Made by a program: the position numbers and the translations under genes. Below are positions 16,229 to 24,246 of a stretch of DNA of 24,246 bases, in pieces. Under the pieces are notes generated by a model. It saw only the letters and a list, made by a program, of their open reading frames with translations, was not told where the DNA came from and did no database searches. The stretch's first letter is position 1. The number at the start of each line of letters is the position of its first letter. Source of the DNA: Bdellovibrionia bacterium (GTDB taxonomy: Bacteria; Bdellovibrionota; UBA1018); the NCBI GenBank assembly GCA_045805065.1, contig JBJMMA010000129.1:1-24246 (forward strand), in the 5' to 3' direction.

Positions 16229-17542
16229 TTATTGAGCCGAGAGGGACTCGCGCTTGGCCTCAGAGATCTGCTCTGCATTTGAACCATGCGAATCATGCGA
16301 ATAGTGAGCATTCAGCACTACGCCTTCCCAGCGCGCAACCACCGCAGTCGCAAGAGCGTTGCCCGTGAGATTCGTTGCGGTTCTTGCCATATCCATGAAT
16401 TCATCAACCGCAAGAATGAGTGTAATGCCCTCAAGAGGAAGCCCGAAAGTGGTCAGTGTCCCCGAGAGAACGACAAGCGATGCCCGAGGTACCGCAGCCA
16501 CTCCCTTCGTGCTCAGCATGAGGGTCAAAAGAATGGAAACCTGCTGCATGATGGAGAGCTCAACTCCTGCAGCTTGCGCGACGAAAACGGCTGCCATCGC
16601 GAGATAAAGAGTGGATCCATCCAGATTGAAGCTATATCCCATCGGAAGCACAAAGCTTGTGATCCGGCGTGGAACCCCGAATTTCTCAAGGCTCGACATG
16701 GCAAGTGGAAAGGCGCTCTCGCTGGATGTGGTGGCAAAGGCCAGAATGATCGCTTCTTTCATGTGTTTAAAGAAAGTGACGACCGGAATTCGAAACACCA
16801 GCATCACAGGCAGCAGAACGACCAGAAAGAAAACTAAGAGCGCGGCATAAAGGCTTCCAACCAGCTTCAGAAGCGGGATCATGACTTGAATCCCATGCTC
16901 AGCAACACTTGCGGCCATGGCAGCACCCACGCCCAGTGGCGCAAGCGACATGATATAGCCTGTGAACTTGAACATGACTTCCGCCAATCCTTCAGCAAGA
17001 GCCACGACAGGACGCGCTTTCTCTCCGACTGCGAGGCAGGCAAAAGCGAAAATCGTAGAGAAGATCACGATCTGAAGAACATCGCCGCGTACGACCGCGT
17101 CCATGAAGTTATGAGGAAGTAAGTGTTCAACAAAGCCTCCAAAAGACATCTTCGTCTGCGAGGCCTGCATCGCCACATCAGATACAGTATGCCCAAGACT
17201 CAGGCCCGAACCTGGCTTCAGCCAATTCACCATGAAAAGGCCCACGACCAGCGCAAGCGTTGTCACGACTTCAAAGTAAATGAACGCTCGGATACCCATG
17301 AGACCGAGCTGCTTGAAGCTTCCTGCGCTCGCGACCCCGGTGACGATCGTGGCAAAAATCAGCGGTGCCACAATGCATTTCACGCCGTTCAGGAACAAAC
17401 CGCGGAATGGCTTGATGTACTCCACCCAACCAGGCAGGTAGAAGCCGATCAGGACGCCTGCAATGAGAGCGATGAAAATCCACTGGGTCAGAGACGGCCA
17501 GCGCAGGCGGGAACGGGTTTTAGGGGTCAGAGTTTTTTCCAT
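16229..17542 (-). CDS. Dicarboxylate/amino acid:cation symporter (GltP/DctA family)
   Basis: FATTSSESA, PMGYSFNLDG, KGVAAVPRA and DMARTATNLTGN. The start is 17542 or 17557. Confidence 0.94.
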   Translation of the reverse strand: MEKTLTPKTRSRLRWPSLTQWIFIALIAGVLIGFYLPGWVEYIKPFRGLFLNGVKCIVAPLIFATIVTGVASAGSFKQLGLMGIRAFIYFEVVTTLALVVGLFMVNWLKPGSGLSLGHTVSDVAMQASQTKMSFGGFVEHLLPHNFMDAVVRGDVLQIVIFSTIFAFACLAVGEKARPVVALAEGLAEVMFKFTGYIMSLAPLGVGAAMAASVAEHGIQVMIPLLKLVGSLYAALLVFFLVVLLPVMLVFRIPVVTFFKHMKEAIILAFATTSSESAFPLAMSSLEKFGVPRRITSFVLPMGYSFNLDGSTLYLAMAAVFVAQAAGVELSIMQQVSILLTLMLSTKGVAAVPRASLVVLSGTLTTFGLPLEGITLILAVDEFMDMARTATNLTGNALATAVVARWEGVVLNAHYSHDSHGSNAEQISEAKRESLSAQ

Positions 17543-17621
17543 AGCGCACTGAGGCATACCCTAAAACAATCAGGATTAAAAGGTGAGAGTCGGCCCTTGT
17601 CATGCATGGTTTCACTCCTTT

Positions 17622-19964
17622 ATGGCTGAAGGAAGGGAACCTAAAAAGAGCGCGAAAGAACGCACGGCGTCTTCGGAGATCCGAAAATCAAAAGACGATA
17701 TCATTCGCGACTGGGAACTCCTCGCACGACAAGAAATTCCTTCTACGCGAACAGAATCCCATTACACCGTGATTGACTCACTTCCCCAGTTTTTGGAGGA
17801 ATTGATCGATTCTCTGGAAAGCCAATACCCAAAGCTTGTCGTCTCTGAAGACATCGCAACCAACCACGCAGCGCATCGTCTGAGCCTTCCCTGTTTTGAT
17901 CTGAGCCAGGTGTTTTCTGAGTACAATCTGCTCCGAAAGATCGTGTTCAGTACGCTAGATCGCGCGCAAATCACGCTCACGCCGAAAGACCGCGATATCA
18001 TCACGGAATTTATTCAACAAGGAAAGCAGGCAGCTGCGGTCCGCTTCACTCAACTCGTTCAAGAGCGGCAGGATAAAATATCGCTCGCACTCAGACAAAG
18101 TGAAGAGCTCCATCGACAGACATTTGAACAGGCTGCAGTCGGAATGGCCCACCTGGCATTGGACGGCAAATGGCTCCGGGTCAATTCAAAGCTTTGCGAA
18201 ATCGTTGGATATACGCGAGAGGAACTCTCTCAATTGACATTCCAGGACATCACGCATCCCAAAGACCTCAATAAAGACCTGGGTTTTGTAGAGCGTCTCT
18301 TAAATCATGAGCTGCCCTATTATCAGATCGAGAAGCGATATTTTCGGAAAGATGAAAGCATCGTCTGGGTTGAATTGACCGTTTCACTGGTTGAGAACAT
18401 CGACGGAAAGCCTGACTACTTCATCGCAGTTGTTGTCGACATTTCGGAAAGAAAACAAGTGGAAGTAGCCCTCCAGGAGAGTGAAAACCGCTATCGAACC
18501 CTGATTGATAGCATGACTGAGGAAGTGCATTACTGGGAGCTCATTCGGGATCAGAACGGTAAAATCATGGATTGGCGCCTTATCAGTGCGAATTCCCCTG
18601 CCCTGAAAAGCTGGAATAAGTCCCTTGCGGACATCCGCTACAAGACTTCGGATGAAATATTCGGACCCGGCACGAAGGATCATTTCTACCCCATTGTTGA
18701 AAGGGTCTTTCGGTCCGGAAAACCTTACTCGTACGAAAACTACTTCCCTAAACTGGATCGTTACTATCGCTTTACGACCGTTCCGGTTGGCGATCGCTTT
18801 TTCACTACTGGCGCCGATATCACCGATTTCAAAAAGGCCGGGTTAGCCATCGAAGAAAGTGAGAAACGCTTTCGGGAAATCGCCAACGCCTTGCCTCAGA
18901 TTATCTGGACGGCAACCGCGGACTTTTACGTCGATTGGTACAACGACTGGTGGTATCAATACCTGGGTCTTCCTCGAGGGACTCGCTGGGATGACCCCGA
19001 CACTCTACCCATGCATCCCGAAGATGTTGAACGCACCCGTCCCCTCCTAATGGAAGCCGTTGAAACAGGACACGATTTTATGATGGAGCAGCGCTTTAAA
19101 CGCGGCTCAGATGGACAATATCGCTGGCACAAAGTTCACGGGGTTCCGATCAGAGACACTCACGGCAGAGTTACGAAATGGATCGGCGCTAATACCGATA
19201 TTCATGAGCAAAAGCTCTTAGTCCAGAAATTGGAAGAAGAAAGAGAGCTTCGGGAGAAATTCGTATCAACCCTCTCGCACGACTTGAGGACTCCGCTGGC
19301 ATCCATCAAGCTCAGCACTCAAGTTCTACGAAGAACCCATCCAGGCGATGAAAAACTGATCCGCACCAGCGAACGCATTCTTACTTCCGTCAATCGCAGC
19401 GACCAGATGATTCAAGATCTTCTCGATACCAATCGAATTTCAGCAGGTGAAACCCTTCCCATCAAATGTGAAACGTGCAATCTGTCTTCGATTGTTCACA
19501 GCGCAATGGACGATATGAGGCACATCCACAATCGTGAGTTCAACATCGTTGAAAGTGCCCATGACATTCAAGGCTACTGGGACTGCAGTGGCATCCAAAG
19601 GATTATAGAAAACCTCTGCAACAACGCTGTCAAATATGGCGCTCCCGACCAACCCATCACCGTTTCAACCGAACTCGCCACCGACGCTCGCGTCAGAATC
19701 CATGTTCATAATGAAGGCAATCCCATCCCGCAGGATGAACAAACCACGCTTTTCGTACCCTTCAAAAGGTCCAAAGATGCGCAGGAAAGCGGCAAGATAG
19801 GATGGGGAATCGGGCTGACGCTTGTGCGAGGCGTCGTTGAGGCTCATGGAGGAGAAGTCAGCGTGAATAGCTCTGCTGCGGAAGGCACCACTTTCAGTGT
19901 GATTCTTCCTCTCAATACGAGTGAAACGAGAGATGCGAGCGCCGATTCCACTCCCAAGGACTAA
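17622..19964 (+). CDS. Cytoplasmic PAS sensor histidine kinase with an N-terminal RsbRD_N-like helical domain
   Basis: N-terminal IIRDW...DSLPQFL...HAAHR...EYNLLR, three PAS blocks, SHDLRTPL, NAVKY and GWGIGL. Confidence 0.92.
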   Translation: MAEGREPKKSAKERTASSEIRKSKDDIIRDWELLARQEIPSTRTESHYTVIDSLPQFLEELIDSLESQYPKLVVSEDIATNHAAHRLSLPCFDLSQVFSEYNLLRKIVFSTLDRAQITLTPKDRDIITEFIQQGKQAAAVRFTQLVQERQDKISLALRQSEELHRQTFEQAAVGMAHLALDGKWLRVNSKLCEIVGYTREELSQLTFQDITHPKDLNKDLGFVERLLNHELPYYQIEKRYFRKDESIVWVELTVSLVENIDGKPDYFIAVVVDISERKQVEVALQESENRYRTLIDSMTEEVHYWELIRDQNGKIMDWRLISANSPALKSWNKSLADIRYKTSDEIFGPGTKDHFYPIVERVFRSGKPYSYENYFPKLDRYYRFTTVPVGDRFFTTGADITDFKKAGLAIEESEKRFREIANALPQIIWTATADFYVDWYNDWWYQYLGLPRGTRWDDPDTLPMHPEDVERTRPLLMEAVETGHDFMMEQRFKRGSDGQYRWHKVHGVPIRDTHGRVTKWIGANTDIHEQKLLVQKLEEERELREKFVSTLSHDLRTPLASIKLSTQVLRRTHPGDEKLIRTSERILTSVNRSDQMIQDLLDTNRISAGETLPIKCETCNLSSIVHSAMDDMRHIHNREFNIVESAHDIQGYWDCSGIQRIIENLCNNAVKYGAPDQPITVSTELATDARVRIHVHNEGNPIPQDEQTTLFVPFKRSKDAQESGKIGWGIGLTLVRGVVEAHGGEVSVNSSAAEGTTFSVILPLNTSETRDASADSTPKD

Positions 19965-20482
19965 CCCAGTTTCAATTTCCACTCCGCTTTCAGAGCGCTG
20001 TAAACAGGATCAGCTTCTGCTTTTTTCCAGGCATCCCAGAAGATTCGAGCCGACGCTGCTTTGATCTCATCATTCTCAAAGGGAAGCATCTTTCCGCTCT
20101 CATCATACTTTCTCCCTGATGCATGATTGGCGTAACGGCGTGAGCGCGTGTAGCCCATCTGAAGAAATTTTCTCGCCATATCCATCCCAATGAAATCCCC
20201 TGCTCTGACGTAAGATCGAAAAAGTTTGAGAATGGCAGTCGATGATCGTTCCGCCTCTTCAGGATTCTTGAAGCGCCAGTGAGGCAGAATCTCGGACTTA
20301 TAAGGCTCTACCAGCAGCACACCCTGTTCGCCGATACCTACTCGGTAGAGCTCCGGCTGCTCACGAAGATTGAGCCGTCTGTAATCAAGCTCGTAATTAA
20401 ACCGGCGGCTTGAGACAGTTTTACGAGTTCTTTCATGCATTTTTCGCCTGGAAATTTGCGGACTTAGCGCGGACTTTTTCAT
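19961..20482 (-). CDS. DUF4385 family protein
   Basis: YRVGIGEQGVLLVEPYKSEILPHWRFK and DMARKFLQMGYTRSRRYANH. Confidence 0.88.
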   Translation of the reverse strand: MKKSALSPQISRRKMHERTRKTVSSRRFNYELDYRRLNLREQPELYRVGIGEQGVLLVEPYKSEILPHWRFKNPEEAERSSTAILKLFRSYVRAGDFIGMDMARKFLQMGYTRSRRYANHASGRKYDESGKMLPFENDEIKAASARIFWDAWKKAEADPVYSALKAEWKLKLG

Positions 20483-20562
20483 CGATATTTATCCTAGAAA
20501 CTGCTGAGAAACCGCAGATTTCCGCGGTCAAAAATGCTATAAGAATTGTCTCAGCAACAACC
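20483..20562. promoter_or_regulatory. Shared divergent promoter with an inverted repeat
   Basis: TGCTGAGA (20502-20509) and TCTCAGCA (20549-20556) flank an extended -10-like TGCTATAAG. Confidence 0.45.
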
Positions 20563-21702
20563 ATGCAGCAGACCTCCTTTTCTTTCAGCAGCTCGCCTTT
20601 TTCGTCCCCTCTAGCAGAGCTTCAACGCTCGCCAGGACTCCATTTGCCTGAGTTCAGCGAGATTTATGTGCAGCAAGCGATTGAGCGTTATCCTGAGTGG
20701 CAAGCCAGAGCAGAGCGTATCCTTAAACGCTTTCCTGGAGCCGAGGTCATCCCGGTTGAAAGCCACTGGAAGATTCCCGAACTGAGAAACGCCAATCCCG
20801 CTGATTGGATCCGCTCAAAAAAGAGCGCTTTGATCTTGGGAATCAAATCCGGCTTAAAGCATGTGACCAACGGCAGATCCGCTGATTTCATTGCCGCATC
20901 GATGTCCAACGGCTGCCTGAGCGCGTGCCAGTACTGCTACGTGGCCCGCCGCAAAGGCGGATCAAATCCTTTGACTCTTTTCATGAACATTGAGGAGATC
21001 GCTGATTCGATCGAAAAGCATCAGGAGAAGCTTGGCCCAAAGCCTGAGGCCAACTCCTGTGATCCAAAATATTGGACGTATGATATCGGCTGCAACGCGG
21101 ATCTCTCACTCGATGCTCTGATCTGCGACCATCCGGGATACATGATTGAGCGCTTCGCGAAAATGCGTTTTGCCAAGGCAACCTTTGCGACGAAGACGGT
21201 CAACGATGCGTATTGGTTAGCGTATGATCCCCAAGGCCGGACCCGAATCCGCTATTCGCTCATGCCTCAAGCGATCGCTCGCTACGTCGACATCCGCACA
21301 AGCCCAATCAGCGCCCGAATTCAATCCGTGAATCGACTCGTGGACGCAGGCTATGAAGTTCATCTGAATTTCTCACCCATCATTATTTATGGAGGCAACC
21401 AGTGGAAATCCGATTGGCTTGCGCTATTTCAAGAAATAGATCAAACGCTATCCCCTCAGGCCAAAGCCCAACTTGCTTGTGAGGCTTTTTTCCTGTCGCA
21501 CTCCGCCGAAGCCCATGAGCTGAATCTCCAGTGGAACCCCAAAGGCGAAGACTTTCTTTGGAAGCCCGAGATGCAAGAACCTAAGAAAAACAAACTTGAC
21601 GTTCTTGTCTATCAGTATGCGCTCAAGCACCGCGAGCTCTCCTGGTTTAAAGCCAATCTGGCCCGTGAAATGCCCTATTGTCCGGTGCGCTACAGCTTTT
21701 AG
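20563..21702 (+). CDS. Spore photoproduct lyase-family radical SAM protein
   Basis: CLSACQYCY (CxxxCxxC), YDIGCNAD, FATK, RIRYSLMP, GYEVHLNFSPII and a terminal RYSF. The track start at 20410 overlaps DUF4385, so ATG 20563 is preferred. Confidence 0.9.
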   Translation: MQQTSFSFSSSPFSSPLAELQRSPGLHLPEFSEIYVQQAIERYPEWQARAERILKRFPGAEVIPVESHWKIPELRNANPADWIRSKKSALILGIKSGLKHVTNGRSADFIAASMSNGCLSACQYCYVARRKGGSNPLTLFMNIEEIADSIEKHQEKLGPKPEANSCDPKYWTYDIGCNADLSLDALICDHPGYMIERFAKMRFAKATFATKTVNDAYWLAYDPQGRTRIRYSLMPQAIARYVDIRTSPISARIQSVNRLVDAGYEVHLNFSPIIIYGGNQWKSDWLALFQEIDQTLSPQAKAQLACEAFFLSHSAEAHELNLQWNPKGEDFLWKPEMQEPKKNKLDVLVYQYALKHRELSWFKANLAREMPYCPVRYSF

Positions 21703-21752
21703 CGCTCATCGGCATAAGTCATGCAGTCCGATCTGCTTCAAGGATCACATCC

Positions 21753-24246
21753 ATGAGCAGAAGCACTGCACTAAAGTCCGGAGCTCATACCGAGTCCGCT
21801 GAGAACGTTAAACAGACTCGAGATAGTATTTCAGATATCTGGGGTGAGCGTATGCCGTACTACGGTGAGAACGCCTGGCCCGTGCGAGTGGATGAGCGTG
21901 TCACCGCTGAGCCCGACCGATGGGTGCAATCCGCATGTGTCTTATGCTCCAATGGATGCGCCTGCGATATCGCCGTGAAAGATAACAAGATCGTTGGCGT
22001 CCGCGGGAGAGCCGCAGACCGCGTCAATCGCGGGCGGCTCGGTCCTAAAGGACTTCATGGCTGGATTGCCAACGAGAGTCCTGATCGCCTGAAGCATCCA
22101 CTGATTCGCCAACCTGATGGCAAGTTCCGTGAGGCAAGCTGGGATGAGGCGATGGAACTCATTGTATCCCGAACCAAGAAGATTTTGAGTGAACTGGGCC
22201 CGGCAGCCATTGGTCTTTACGATACGGGCCAGCTTTTCATCGAAGAGTACTACACGTTAAGTGTCATGGCTCACGCCGGCCTTGGAACACGTAACATGGA
22301 TGGCAACACGCGACTTTGCACGTCGACAGCCTCGATTGCCTTGAAAGAAACTTTTGGGTCTGACGGGCAGCCCGGCTCCTATTCTGACTTTGATGTGACC
22401 GATTGCATTTTCCTCGTCGGACACAATATGTCCAATACCCAAACCGTTCTTTGGAGCAAAATCCTGGACCGTAAACAGGGCCCAAAACCTCCGAAGCTCA
22501 TCGTTGTCGATCCCAGAAGAACCGAGACGGCCAAGGCGGCAGATATTCATCTTGCTCCAAAGCTTGGAACGAACGTAGCCCTCCTCAACGGCCTGATTCA
22601 TCTCATGATCCAGAATGGCCACCTTGACCAGGCTTTCATTGATCAACACACGGTGGGTTTTGATGAACTCAGAAACATTACCTGGGATTATCATCCTGAA
22701 AGAGTCGAGGAGATCACCGGAGTTCCGGTAGCGCAACTCAGAGCTGCCGCAGAGCTTTTAGGAACCACGCCAAGTCTGGTATCAACAGCCCTTCAAGGCG
22801 TCTACCAGTCCAATCAGGCAAGTGCTGCCGCTGTTCAGATCAACAACATTCACCTCATCCGCGGCCTGATCGGAAAACCCGGCTCAGGGGTTCTGCAGAT
22901 GAATGGGCAGCCCACGGCACAGAACACGCGTGAGACCGGATGCGATGGAGAGTTTCCGGCTTTCTTCAACTATGAGAATCCGGAACATATGAAGCGATTG
23001 GCTGAGCATTGGAATGTCGACCCCATGGTCATTCCTCATTGGACGGAGCCTACGCACGCGATGGAGATGATGCGAATGGCGGAGCTTGGCGCGCTCCGGA
23101 TGTTCTGGGTCATCTGCACGAACCCTGCGGTAAGCCTCCCCGAGCTTCACCGAGTCAGAAAGATCTTCAAGAAACCGAGCCTCTTTCTCATTGTTCAAGA
23201 CGCGTTCATGACCGAGACCGCGCAGCTGGCTGACGTCGTCCTGCCTGCCGCGATCTGGGCAGAGAAAACCGGGACTTTTACAAACGCTGACCGAACTGTA
23301 CACATCTCTCACAAAGCCATCCATCCACCCGGTGAGGCCAGGAGCGATCTGGATATTTTCCTCGATTACTGTCAGCGAATGAATTTTCGCGACAAGGATG
23401 GAAATCCGCTCATCAAGTGGAGCGATCCTGAAGGAGCGTTCAACCACTTCAAGGAACTCACACGCGGGCAAGTCTGCGATTACAGCGGAATGACCTATGA
23501 GAAATTATCCAAAGGCTCAGGCATCCAGTGGCCTTGCAATGAAATGTACCCGGAAGGGGCCCCAAGGCTTTATACAGACTTTAATTTTCCTACGTCTCCC
23601 GAAGTCTGCCAGACCTGGGGACATGATCTTGAGACGGGCGGCGCTCACACGGCCGAAGAGTACAAGGCCAATAATCCTCAGGGGCGCGCACTCATTAAAG
23701 CCGCGCATTATCAGGCACCGATCGAGGAGCCGGATTCGTCTTATCCTTTCTATCTCACCACAGGACGAGTGGTTTATCATTTCCACACCCGAACCAAAAC
23801 GGGACGATCCAGTGAGCTCTATCAGGCAAGCCCTGATGCATTTGCGGAGATTTCGCGTCAGGATGCTGAGGCTCTTGGAATCCAAGACGGCGACATGCTC
23901 ACATTGAGCTCGCGTCGAAGCTCAATTGATGTCAAAGCCAAGATCGGAGAGATCGCGCCAGGTCATGTCTTTGTGCCCTTCCATTTTGGTTACTGGGATG
24001 AGGATGAGAAAAGACATCGCGCCGCAAACGAACTCACGATCAACGGCTGGGACCCGGTCAGTAAACAACCCTTCTTTAAATTTGCGGCTGTTCAGGTCAG
24101 GAAAGCCGATAGCGCGTCCCCTGGCGAAAAGATCGCTCATCTGGCATCAGCCCTCAAGGAAGGCTTCAAGAAGACGACGGATAAAGTCGTTAGCAAAGCC
24201 CACCAGCATCGAAGCCGCGTCCCGGACTACCTTGGCCTTTTGATCA
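21753..24246 (+). CDS. Molybdopterin (bis-MGD) oxidoreductase, nitrate reductase-like, 3'-truncated
   Basis: Absent from the ORF track because it has no stop in the window. Hand translation gives DIWGER, WVQSACVLCSNGC, NRGRLGPKG, DGNTRLC, TTGRVVYHFHTRTKT and WDPVSKQP. Confidence 0.92.
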   Translation, partial: MSRSTALKSGAHTESAENVKQTRDSISDIWGERMPYYGENAWPVRVDERVTAEPDRWVQSACVLCSNGCACDIAVKDNKIVGVRGRAADRVNRGRLGPKGLHGWIANESPDRLKHPLIRQPDGKFREASWDEAMELIVSRTKKILSELGPAAIGLYDTGQLFIEEYYTLSVMAHAGLGTRNMDGNTRLCTSTASIALKETFGSDGQPGSYSDFDVTDCIFLVGHNMSNTQTVLWSKILDRKQGPKPPKLIVVDPRRTETAKAADIHLAPKLGTNVALLNGLIHLMIQNGHLDQAFIDQHTVGFDELRNITWDYHPERVEEITGVPVAQLRAAAELLGTTPSLVSTALQGVYQSNQASAAAVQINNIHLIRGLIGKPGSGVLQMNGQPTAQNTRETGCDGEFPAFFNYENPEHMKRLAEHWNVDPMVIPHWTEPTHAMEMMRMAELGALRMFWVICTNPAVSLPELHRVRKIFKKPSLFLIVQDAFMTETAQLADVVLPAAIWAEKTGTFTNADRTVHISHKAIHPPGEARSDLDIFLDYCQRMNFRDKDGNPLIKWSDPEGAFNHFKELTRGQVCDYSGMTYEKLSKGSGIQWPCNEMYPEGAPRLYTDFNFPTSPEVCQTWGHDLETGGAHTAEEYKANNPQGRALIKAAHYQAPIEEPDSSYPFYLTTGRVVYHFHTRTKTGRSSELYQASPDAFAEISRQDAEALGIQDGDMLTLSSRRSSIDVKAKIGEIAPGHVFVPFHFGYWDEDEKRHRAANELTINGWDPVSKQPFFKFAAVQVRKADSASPGEKIAHLASALKEGFKKTTDKVVSKAHQHRSRVPDYLGLLI

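Noticed and set aside
22257..24243. Several short ORFs in the track over the last 2 kb
   Set aside because: They are shadows of the uninterrupted molybdopterin oxidoreductase frame starting at 21753.
1..24246. CRISPR array, tRNA/rRNA, IS elements, known defence systems
   Set aside because: I saw no regularly spaced repeats, RNA-gene signatures, or transposase or nuclease motifs. Intergenic gaps are short.

Overview
Gene-dense bacterial chromosomal window of roughly 50% GC with about 25 CDS. I saw no rRNA, tRNA, CRISPR array, integrase or transposase. In order it holds: a 5'-truncated GT-B glycosyltransferase; a group II truncated haemoglobin; a TelA protein with a convergent putative partner; a 7-gene Mrp/Mbh-type cation/H+ antiporter operon (E-F-G-DUF4040-B-C-large subunit) with only one large subunit; a SnoaL-like protein; a PAS histidine kinase; DUF1697; a small RanBP2-like zinc-finger protein; a type IV prepilin fused to a phage tail-fibre-like body and self-cleaving chaperone; a small Lys/Arg-rich protein; DUF1440; a YghA-like SDR with a Tat-like leader; gluconokinase; a DAACS symporter; a second PAS kinase; DUF4385 divergent from a spore photoproduct lyase-family radical SAM gene; and a 3'-truncated molybdopterin oxidoreductase that the ORF track missed. 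The gene style suggests a Bdellovibrionota-like soil organism, which is inference only. The best novelty candidates are the pilin/tail-fibre chimera and the minimal Mrp with altered central-axis residues. All family calls come from motif recognition by eye, not from database searches.
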